From an uncultured SAR86 cluster bacterium (GTDB taxonomy: Bacteria > Pseudomonadota > Gammaproteobacteria > Magnimaribacterales > AG-339-G14), in contig CACILL010000001.1 of the NCBI GenBank assembly GCA_902587545.1, forward strand, positions 396,022-460,021: a stretch of 64,000 bases of DNA. Reading direction: 5' to 3'. Positions 9,594 through 17,272 of this stretch are shown in pieces. The notes beneath the pieces were generated by a model. The model did not search any database, was not told where the DNA came from, and worked only from the letters and a program-made list of their open reading frames with translations. Made by a program: the position numbers and the translations under genes. Position 1 is the stretch's first letter, and each line of letters starts with the position of its first letter.

Positions 9594-10699
9594 TTTAGTT
9601 CCCTCATTTCATAAACTGCTTTTTCTGAAATTTTATGATACTTGGAAACATTCTTTTTGAAATTTTCTTGAGACTCAAATATCCTACTGGATAACGAATC
9701 TTCAGCAATCAGCTCTTTTAAAAGTTCAGAAGTAATTTCTTTAAATTTTTTCAAAACATCGTCAGGAAGTCTTTTTAGTATCACCCCATGAGTATTTACC
9801 AATGTTTCCAAGGCTTGATTATTTCTTGCAGTGTATTCATCCAACATATCCTGATTCACTGCTCTGCTTGCAGTTCTGACTATTTCTTGAAGATCCAAAG
9901 GTAAAGAAGCAAAAGCTTCTTTATTGATAATTACTTCTAAAGTGGGACCGGGTTCATGCCAGCCTGGATAGTAATAATATTTTGCTGCTTGGTGTAATCC
10001 AAAGGTCTGATCATTGTATGGCCCAATCCATTCTGCAGCATCTATAACTCCTGTTTGGAGATTCGTGAAGATTTCGCTGCCAGGCATTAAGACTGCCTCC
10101 CCACCAGCTTCAGTCCAAACTTTTCCAGCCAAGCCTGGAATTCTCATTCTAGTTCCTTTGATATCCTCAAGAGAATTTATTTCTTTATTAAACCAACCTG
10201 CCATTTGCACGCCAGTATTACCACCTGCCAGAGGAATCAAATTGAATTTAGCATAAGCTTCCTCCCAAAGTTCTAATCCACCTCCATAATGGAGCCAAGC
10301 ATTCATCTCTTGAGCGTTTAAGCCAAAGGGCAAAGCAGTAAAAAATTGTGCCGAAGGAGCTTTGCCAATCCAGTAATAAGATGCTCCATGACCTATCTCA
10401 ACTGTACCGCGAGAAACCGCATCAAAAACCTCTAAAGCTGGAACGAGCTCTCCACTGCCATAAACTTTTATTTGCAATCTGCCTGCTGACATTTTGTTTA
10501 CTAATTTGGAAAGATTTTCAGCTCCCAAACCAACCCCAGGATAATTTTTTGGCCAAGTGGTTACCATTCTCCAAGTGAATGTCTTTTCGGATTCTTTAAA
10601 TGCAGTATTTGCTTCTTCTTGCTCACATGCGATGAAGAAAGTTAATACAGAAATTAAAACTAAACCTTTTTTAAATTTGCGAAACTTAAAACCAGCCAT
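9590..10699 (-). CDS. TRAP transporter periplasmic substrate-binding protein (DctP family)
   Basis: It has a signal peptide with a possible lipobox (FFIAC). The block WRMVTTWPKNYPG...GHGASYYW is typical of the mannitol/chloroaromatic-type TRAP binding proteins. Confidence 0.8.
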   Translation of the reverse strand: MAGFKFRKFKKGLVLISVLTFFIACEQEEANTAFKESEKTFTWRMVTTWPKNYPGVGLGAENLSKLVNKMSAGRLQIKVYGSGELVPALEVFDAVSRGTVEIGHGASYYWIGKAPSAQFFTALPFGLNAQEMNAWLHYGGGLELWEEAYAKFNLIPLAGGNTGVQMAGWFNKEINSLEDIKGTRMRIPGLAGKVWTEAGGEAVLMPGSEIFTNLQTGVIDAAEWIGPYNDQTFGLHQAAKYYYYPGWHEPGPTLEVIINKEAFASLPLDLQEIVRTASRAVNQDMLDEYTARNNQALETLVNTHGVILKRLPDDVLKKFKEITSELLKELIAEDSLSSRIFESQENFKKNVSKYHKISEKAVYEMRELN

Positions 10700-12825
10700 T
10701 TTATTCCTTCTTTGGTGAAATTAACTTCAACTCTAGCATTGGCACCCTCTCCTTCATAGTTAAGAATGGTTCCTTCACCAAATACATCATGCGTTACCAA
10801 GTCGCCCAAAGAAAACTCTTCGCCTTTAAACTCAGTACCGCCAACAATTTTGGGGACGAACCCTTTTGAGCTTGGTGTTTCTGATGACATTCTAATCTCA
10901 TACTTCAACTCGTCAGGAATTTCTTTTAAAAATCTAGATATCGGACTAAAACTTTCCATCCCATACATATTTCTTACTTCTGCATATGTTAAATAGAGTC
11001 TTTCCATTGCTCTAGTGATACCAACGTAACAGAGTCTTCGTTCTTCTGCCAACTGCCTTGGATCTTCTAAAGATCTTTTGTGAGGGAATAAACCTTCTTC
11101 GCATCCAGCCATAAAAACAAGAGGGAATTCTAAACCTTTCGCTGAATGAAGAGTCATCATTTGTATTGCATCTTCGTCAATATCTGCCTGATTTTCGCCA
11201 GCATCTAAAGAAGCTTGATCGAGAAATATCTCCAATTCGTTTCTATCATCATCAGCATCTTCGCCTATAGGATTGAAACCAGAAGCAGCAGAGACAAGTT
11301 CCTCTAAATTCTCTTTTCTTGATCTGCCTTTTTCTCCAGGTTCTTTTGCGTGAAAATCTTTCAAACCGGTTGTGTTGATAATTTCATCGAAAATTTCTCC
11401 AAGACATTTGTTTTCAGTATCGATTTTTAGCTGAGAAACTGTTTCGATGAAATGAGATAAGGCTCTTGAAGATTTCTTTAAATCATCTTTAGAAATAGAT
11501 TCTGCTGCTTTCCATAAGGATATGTTTTCAGCTCTGGCGTGCTCCCGCACGCTGTCTAAGGTTTTTGCACCAATGCCCCTTGAAGGTACATTTACTATTC
11601 GTTCAAAGGCTGCGTCATTATCAAAATCTACGAGTAATTTTGAGTAGCTCAGAGCATTTTTAATCTCCATTCTTTCATAGAACCTTACGCCGCCATAAAT
11701 TCTATAAGGCAACTCGGCCCGCAAAATACTATCCTCCAAAACACGGGATTGGGCATTTGATCTGTACAAAATTGCTACATCATTAAGAGACCTTCCCTCA
11801 TCGATCCAGTTTTTTATAATATCGACAATAAAACTTGCCTCATCTCTTTCGTTGAATGCGCGGTAAATTTTTAAAGGCTCGCCTTCTTTGTTCTCCGACC
11901 AAAGTTTTTTGCCTAATCTTTCTGGATTATTTGCAATAACTGCATTAGCAGAGGAAAGAATATTTTTTGTGGATCTATAGTTTTGCTCAAGCTTAATAGT
12001 TTTCACTTTCTTAAAATCTTTTTGAAACCTTTTAATATTTGCGCTTTTTGCTCCTCTCCAGCTGTAAATTGATTGATCATCATCTCCAACAACTGTCATA
12101 AAACTTTTTTTACCTAAGAGTTTTTTTAATAAAAGATATTGAATTTCATTAGTATCTTGAAATTCATCAACCAAAATATGTTCAAACCTATTCTGATAGT
12201 GCTCTAAAATTGCTTTGTTATTGGATAGCAATTCAAAAGACCGCAAGAGGATTTCGGCGAAATCAACCAGTCCTTCTTGGTCACAAACTTTTTGGTACTC
12301 ATTCATGATGTCGACCATTTTTTCTTCAACAAAAGAAGCGCTGGACTTTATTTTGGCTTTTCTTCTGCCTTCTTCTTTTTGATTGTTAATAAACCATTGT
12401 GCTTGTGAGGGCTGCCAGGTTGCATCATCTAGTTCTAGAGATTTTATGACTCTCTTTATCACCCTATTCTGATCTTCCGAATCTAAAATAGAAAAACTTT
12501 TTGGTAAGCCAGCTTCTTCCCAATGTCTTCTTAACATCCTATGAAATAGAGAGTGAAAAGTGCCACACCACATCTGATTAAGTTGTTCGCCAAGAATGTT
12601 TTCTATTCGGCCTCTCATTTCTTTTGCTGCTTTATTGGTGAAGGTAACAGTTAGTAAAGACATAGGATTTAGGTTGTGAACCTTACACAACCAAGCAACC
12701 TTATGAGTGATAACTCGGGTTTTTCCTGAGCCGGCTCCTGCTAGAATCAAAGAGAACTGAGATTCGTCTGAGACGGCTTCTCTTTGAGGAGAATTAAGAT
12801 CATCCAATATATAAGATACATCCAT
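10660..12825 (-). CDS. uvrD: DNA helicase II (UvrD/Rep superfamily 1)
   Basis: It has Walker A AGAGSGKT, DEFQDT and TLHSAKGLEF, and a 721-aa length typical of UvrD. Confidence 0.85.
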   Translation of the reverse strand: MDVSYILDDLNSPQREAVSDESQFSLILAGAGSGKTRVITHKVAWLCKVHNLNPMSLLTVTFTNKAAKEMRGRIENILGEQLNQMWCGTFHSLFHRMLRRHWEEAGLPKSFSILDSEDQNRVIKRVIKSLELDDATWQPSQAQWFINNQKEEGRRKAKIKSSASFVEEKMVDIMNEYQKVCDQEGLVDFAEILLRSFELLSNNKAILEHYQNRFEHILVDEFQDTNEIQYLLLKKLLGKKSFMTVVGDDDQSIYSWRGAKSANIKRFQKDFKKVKTIKLEQNYRSTKNILSSANAVIANNPERLGKKLWSENKEGEPLKIYRAFNERDEASFIVDIIKNWIDEGRSLNDVAILYRSNAQSRVLEDSILRAELPYRIYGGVRFYERMEIKNALSYSKLLVDFDNDAAFERIVNVPSRGIGAKTLDSVREHARAENISLWKAAESISKDDLKKSSRALSHFIETVSQLKIDTENKCLGEIFDEIINTTGLKDFHAKEPGEKGRSRKENLEELVSAASGFNPIGEDADDDRNELEIFLDQASLDAGENQADIDEDAIQMMTLHSAKGLEFPLVFMAGCEEGLFPHKRSLEDPRQLAEERRLCYVGITRAMERLYLTYAEVRNMYGMESFSPISRFLKEIPDELKYEIRMSSETPSSKGFVPKIVGGTEFKGEEFSLGDLVTHDVFGEGTILNYEGEGANARVEVNFTKEGIKWLVLSFANLKKV

Positions 12826-12872
12826 ATATTTTTATTTTAAGCTAAAGTAGATTCTTTATATTAATAACATTT

Positions 12873-13457
12873 ATGAAAGATTTTGAAAATTCTTTGGATA
12901 CGATGCTTGAAAAAGCTTTTTTGACTATATCTAACGGAGTTGATGATGCTAAAAGTTACTTCCATACGCCAACAGTGTGTACTTTTGAAGGTCAAGATAT
13001 ATCAGCAAGAACTGTTGTGCTAAGGGATTTTGATGAACAAGAAAGAGTTTTAAGGTTTCATACCGATCAAAGATCGCCAAAAATTTCTCAAATTAAAGAA
13101 AATAACACTGCTACGGTTCATGCTTATGATCAAGAGGAAAAAATTCAGATTAGATTAAAAGGGAGTATTGAAGTTCATCATCAAGATTCCATAACTGAAA
13201 AGGCATGGGAAAATACTAGAGAAATGTCCAAAGAATGTTACTCAGTGAAAGACTCTCCTAGTAAAAAGATAGATGATCCCATTGAGTTTGATATTGATAA
13301 AAACCAAATTGATAGGGAAATGGGTTATGAAAATTTTGCAGTAAATCTTTTTACCTTTCAAAGCCTAGAAATCTTATATTTAAAAAGAGCAGGTCACAGA
13401 AGAGCAATCTTCGAATGGCTTAATAATGATTTGAAAAAAAACTGGTTGGTACCTTAA
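12873..13457 (+). CDS. Pyridoxamine 5'-phosphate oxidase-like FMN-binding protein
   Basis: The pattern ARTVVLRDF...RFHTDQRSPK resembles the PNPOx split-barrel family. Confidence 0.6.
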   Translation: MKDFENSLDTMLEKAFLTISNGVDDAKSYFHTPTVCTFEGQDISARTVVLRDFDEQERVLRFHTDQRSPKISQIKENNTATVHAYDQEEKIQIRLKGSIEVHHQDSITEKAWENTREMSKECYSVKDSPSKKIDDPIEFDIDKNQIDREMGYENFAVNLFTFQSLEILYLKRAGHRRAIFEWLNNDLKKNWLVP

Positions 13458-13780
13458 TTTACGGTATTGGCTAAAACTAAAATAACGCCAGTTACGATTA
13501 AAAGAATTCCAAAAGAAACAAGCAAAGACGGAAATTCTTGATATTTGATTGCTCCCAAAATTGCTATTAAGACAATTCCTACTCCCGACCAAATTGCGTA
13601 TGCAACTGAAACCGATATATGTTGAAAAGTTAAAGACAAAAAATAGAAACTGACAGCGTAGCTAAAGACAACAATAAGGTTGGGAATCATTTTTGTGAAG
13701 CCTTCTGTATCTCTTAAAAAAAGAGTGCCAACAACTTCTAAAATGATTGCTAAAAAGAGAAAGGTGTAAGGTAATACCAT
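13454..13780 (-). CDS. Small multidrug resistance (SMR) family transporter
   Basis: It is 108 aa with 4 TM and has the conserved membrane Glu in ILEVVGT, as in EmrE. Confidence 0.8.
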   Translation of the reverse strand: MVLPYTFLFLAIILEVVGTLFLRDTEGFTKMIPNLIVVFSYAVSFYFLSLTFQHISVSVAYAIWSGVGIVLIAILGAIKYQEFPSLLVSFGILLIVTGVILVLANTVN

Positions 13781-13871
13781 AATTCTTTTATACGATTGTA
13801 ATCAAAAATTTAAAAACTATCTCGGAAAGTTAAGCTATTCAATTATTTAAATTTCAAGTTAAAATTAACTA

Positions 13872-14630
13872 ATGAGTAAACATAAGGCTTTAGACATGTT
13901 CGGCAGATCTGGGAATCCTACTTTGAGTGATGCAACTTTTGCTGATTTTGAAAACGTAAATCAAAAAACCATGACCTTACAGGGAACTGTAAATAAGGTT
14001 GGTATTCTTTTAGCTCTTGTAGTATTAAGTGCTGCCTACACTTGGAATGTTTATTTTGTAACAGGCAGTCCTGGAGCATTGATGCCAATCGGACTTTTTG
14101 GAGGTATGATTTTTGCTCTCATTACCATCTTCAAAAAAAACTGGGCTATGTACACTGCGCCCATTTATGCCATATTAGAAGGTCTCTTTTTAGGTGGAAT
14201 TTCGGCCATTTTTGAAAGTCAATATCCAGGAATTGTAATTCAAGCGACTGGATTGACTTTTGGTACTTTGGCTTCTTTATTGGTACTTTATAAAACAGGG
14301 GTTATAAAGCCTACAGAGAATTTCAGACTGATGGTGGTATCAGCCACTATGGGGATTGCTCTGCTATATGTAGTTAGCTTCATTATGAGTATGTTTGGTA
14401 CAGGCATCGGTTTTATTCATGACAACGGAATTTTTGGTATTGGATTTAGCCTTTTTGTTGTGGGTATTGCGGCTTTGAATTTGGTTCTAGACTTTGACTT
14501 CATTGAGGAAGGATCTGAGAAAAATGCTCCAAAATATATGGAGTGGTTTGGTGCTTTTGCCTTAATGGTCACCTTGATTTGGCTTTACTTGGAAATGCTT
14601 AGACTGCTTGCAAAGCTCAGAAGCAGATAG
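13872..14630 (+). CDS. Bax inhibitor-1/YccA-like membrane protein
   Basis: It has an N-terminal SGNPTL motif followed by about 7 TM helices. Confidence 0.7.
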   Translation: MSKHKALDMFGRSGNPTLSDATFADFENVNQKTMTLQGTVNKVGILLALVVLSAAYTWNVYFVTGSPGALMPIGLFGGMIFALITIFKKNWAMYTAPIYAILEGLFLGGISAIFESQYPGIVIQATGLTFGTLASLLVLYKTGVIKPTENFRLMVVSATMGIALLYVVSFIMSMFGTGIGFIHDNGIFGIGFSLFVVGIAALNLVLDFDFIEEGSEKNAPKYMEWFGAFALMVTLIWLYLEMLRLLAKLRSR

Positions 14631-14841
14631 CGTGTCGCTGACAAATATCTTTTTTTTACTCCTAACGATTGTCTCCCTTGCAGTATTCTTTTTTTTTGGT
14701 CGCTTTAGAGCATCAGAAAAACAACTAAATAGAGAAGATCGGATTGATTGGTCCAACAGAAGATATGATTTTCTAAAATATTTTCTACTTATTCTTTTTT
14801 TGGCGATAGGTATAGCATTTTTGATCAGAACTTTCGCCTAG
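14608..14841 (+). CDS. Candidate small 2-TM membrane protein
   Basis: The ORF overlaps the end of the preceding gene. An in-frame GTG at 14632 would start 2 nt after that stop. Two clear hydrophobic helices flank a charged loop. Confidence 0.3.
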   Translation: MQSSEADSVSLTNIFFLLLTIVSLAVFFFFGRFRASEKQLNREDRIDWSNRRYDFLKYFLLILFLAIGIAFLIRTFA

Positions 14842-14851
14842 AATAATTCTA

Positions 14852-16420
14852 ATGATTGATACCGAAGTTTTAATAATTGGTGGTGGTGCTGCTGGATTAA
14901 CTGCAGCGATTGAACTTAGTAAGAAGCACAAGGTATCTGTTATTTCTAAAGAAACCATTGTTGATAGCTCTACTTGGTATGCCCAAGGAGGGATAGCCGC
15001 AGTGATGGGAGAAAAAGATACGGTTGAAGAGCATATTGCTGATACCTTGGAGGTTGGAGATGGAATTTGTGATAAGGATGCTGTCGCCCACTGCGTAAAA
15101 AATAGTAAATCAGCAATTGATTGGCTTATTGAGATGGGCGTCAACTTTACAATGACGCAAGATGGAGAAAAATTACATCTTACACAAGAGGGCGGACATT
15201 CAAAAAGGCGTGTTGCGCATTCTAAAGATACTACTGGGAAAGAAGTATCAAATTCTTTAATTGCGAGAGTAAGAAAGATAGAAAACATAACAATTTATGA
15301 AAATCATCTTGCGGTTGATTTGATAACAAGCAATCGGTCGTGTCTAGGAGCTTACGTATTCGACAAAAAAAAAGAAGAAGTCGTGACTTTTAAATCAAAT
15401 GCAACAATTCTGGCATCTGGAGGAGCGAGTAAGGTTTATTTATATACTAGCAATCCAGACGGAACTAGTGGCGATGGTATGGCACTGGCTTGGCGAGCAG
15501 GCTGTGAATTATCCAATATGGAATTTAATCAGTTTCACCCAACTTGTCTTTATCATCCAGAAGCAAAATCTTTTTTAATTAGTGAAGCTCTAAGAGGCGA
15601 AGGTGCTTATTTACTTAATCATGAAAACGAAAGATTCATGAAAAAGTATCACAAAAAAAATGAGTTAGCTCCAAGAGACGTGGTGGCTAGATCCATAGAC
15701 GAAGAAATGAAAAAAACAGGTAAAGACTTTATGTTTCTTGATATTAGCCATAAACCAAAAAATATGATTTTAAAATCATTTCCGGCAATTCATAAAAAAT
15801 GTTTGAGTTATGGATTTGATATCACAAAGGACAAAATACCCATTGTTCCTGCAGCTCACTACTCATGTGGCGGGGTTAAGACGGGCTTGTCAGGTGAGAC
15901 AAATATAAAGAATCTCTATGCTATTGGAGAAACAGCGTGTACTGGATTGCATGGTGCCAACAGAATGGCAAGCAACTCTCTTTTGGAATGTGTTGTTTTT
16001 GCAAAGTCCGCAGCTTTGCACATCGAAAAGAATTTTGATGTTAACAAAAAAAAGCTCAAGGATTGGGACTCCTCAAAAGTCATCAGATCAGGTGAGAATG
16101 TTCTGATCTCTCATAATTGGGATGAAACCAGAAGATTGATGTGGGACTACGTTGGCGTTGTTAGATCAAATGATCGGTTGTTAAAAGCAAAAGAAAAAAT
16201 AAAAATAATCCAAAATGAAGTAGAGAGTTTTTACAAAAATTTTGAGTTAAATTCAGACTTTATTGAGTTGAGAAATTTGGTTCTAGTTGCGAGGTTGATT
16301 ATCGAAAGTGCAATTTTGAGAAAGGAAAGCAGAGGTCTTCACTACAATATAGATTTCCCAAAAAAAATCAGAAGCGGAACTTCTTCAGTAATTTCAAAGA
16401 AAGAACTTAAAGTTGCTTGA
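14852..16420 (+). CDS. nadB: L-aspartate oxidase
   Basis: It has the FAD motif VLIIGGGAAGLTAA, plus HYSCGG and GLHGANRMASNSLLE. Confidence 0.9.
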   Translation: MIDTEVLIIGGGAAGLTAAIELSKKHKVSVISKETIVDSSTWYAQGGIAAVMGEKDTVEEHIADTLEVGDGICDKDAVAHCVKNSKSAIDWLIEMGVNFTMTQDGEKLHLTQEGGHSKRRVAHSKDTTGKEVSNSLIARVRKIENITIYENHLAVDLITSNRSCLGAYVFDKKKEEVVTFKSNATILASGGASKVYLYTSNPDGTSGDGMALAWRAGCELSNMEFNQFHPTCLYHPEAKSFLISEALRGEGAYLLNHENERFMKKYHKKNELAPRDVVARSIDEEMKKTGKDFMFLDISHKPKNMILKSFPAIHKKCLSYGFDITKDKIPIVPAAHYSCGGVKTGLSGETNIKNLYAIGETACTGLHGANRMASNSLLECVVFAKSAALHIEKNFDVNKKKLKDWDSSKVIRSGENVLISHNWDETRRLMWDYVGVVRSNDRLLKAKEKIKIIQNEVESFYKNFELNSDFIELRNLVLVARLIIESAILRKESRGLHYNIDFPKKIRSGTSSVISKKELKVA

Positions 16421-16805
16421 TTAAGTCTCGCATGGAAAGAACTCCAACAAGCTTTCCTTCATCCATTACCGCAAGGTGGCGAATCTGATTTTCCATCATT
16501 AGGTCAAGAGCCTCTAGCTTTGTACATTGGGGTGTAACACTAATGATATTTTTAGACATTATTTCTTTTACCTCGTTATTTAAGGCTTCTTTTCCTTTTC
16601 TGGAGATTAGTTCGATTACATCTCTTTCTGTAACGATACCCTCAAGGTCTTGAGGATCATTTGTGTCGGAACAGTATACCAATAGAGCTCCAATTCTATT
16701 TTTATCCATTATTCTGCATGCCTCATCAATGGAAGAGTTTCTAGCAACAGCAAATATGTCCCAATATCTTTGGTTTAAAAGCAATGATTCTATGTTTTCA
16801 GACAT
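16407..16805 (-). CDS. CBS domain-pair protein
   Basis: It is 132 aa with two CBS repeats (IGALLV... and HLAVMDEGKLVGVLSMRDL). Confidence 0.8.
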   Translation of the reverse strand: MSENIESLLLNQRYWDIFAVARNSSIDEACRIMDKNRIGALLVYCSDTNDPQDLEGIVTERDVIELISRKGKEALNNEVKEIMSKNIISVTPQCTKLEALDLMMENQIRHLAVMDEGKLVGVLSMRDLIKQL

Positions 16806-16866
16806 TAAGTGAGATGATTTATGGAGTTTTTTGTTTATAATACTTCAAATCTTAGGAGATTTAAAA

Positions 16867-17250
16867 ATGATATTTAAAAAAGGAATTAAATTATTGTCTC
16901 TATCTATTCTTTTCTTGGGATTAAGTTCCCTAGTGCATGCTGATAAGGGCTTTATTACTGTCGATGGAAAAAACATCGAAATGGATGTTGAAAGACAATA
17001 TCAAGCACCCGCAAGCTATCCAAGAAAAGCTTTGAGACTTGCTAAAGAAGGTTACGTAATTGTTGAATTCGACGTCAGCGCTGATGGTGATGTCATAGAT
17101 CCTTTTGTTTTAGAAGGAGAACCTGCAGGACTTTTTGATAGAGCAGCAATGAAATCTATTAGAAAGTGGATTTACCAGCCGCCAATATATGAAGGCGTGC
17201 CTGTCCAAGTAAATGATGTGCAAGTTAAATTATCTTTTCGAGTTCAATAA
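16867..17250 (+). CDS. Secreted TonB C-terminal-domain protein
   Basis: I placed the start at the internal ATG, 8 nt downstream of an AGGAG site. It has a cleavable signal peptide (LVHA-DK) followed by the TonB_C pattern YPRKALRLAKEGYVIVEFDVSADG...FDRAAMKSIRKWIYQP. Confidence 0.7.
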   Translation: MIFKKGIKLLSLSILFLGLSSLVHADKGFITVDGKNIEMDVERQYQAPASYPRKALRLAKEGYVIVEFDVSADGDVIDPFVLEGEPAGLFDRAAMKSIRKWIYQPPIYEGVPVQVNDVQVKLSFRVQ

Positions 17251-17272
17251 GATCTTAAATCTTTGCGCGTAA

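Noticed and set aside
12826-12872. A LexA/SOS box upstream of uvrD.
   Set aside because: There is no CTGT-N8-ACAG-like sequence in the 47-nt divergent promoter region.
14785-15288. A 167-aa minus-strand ORF overlaps the 5' part of nadB.
   Set aside because: It is antisense to a strongly supported L-aspartate oxidase gene, has no motif content, and has the composition of a shadow frame.
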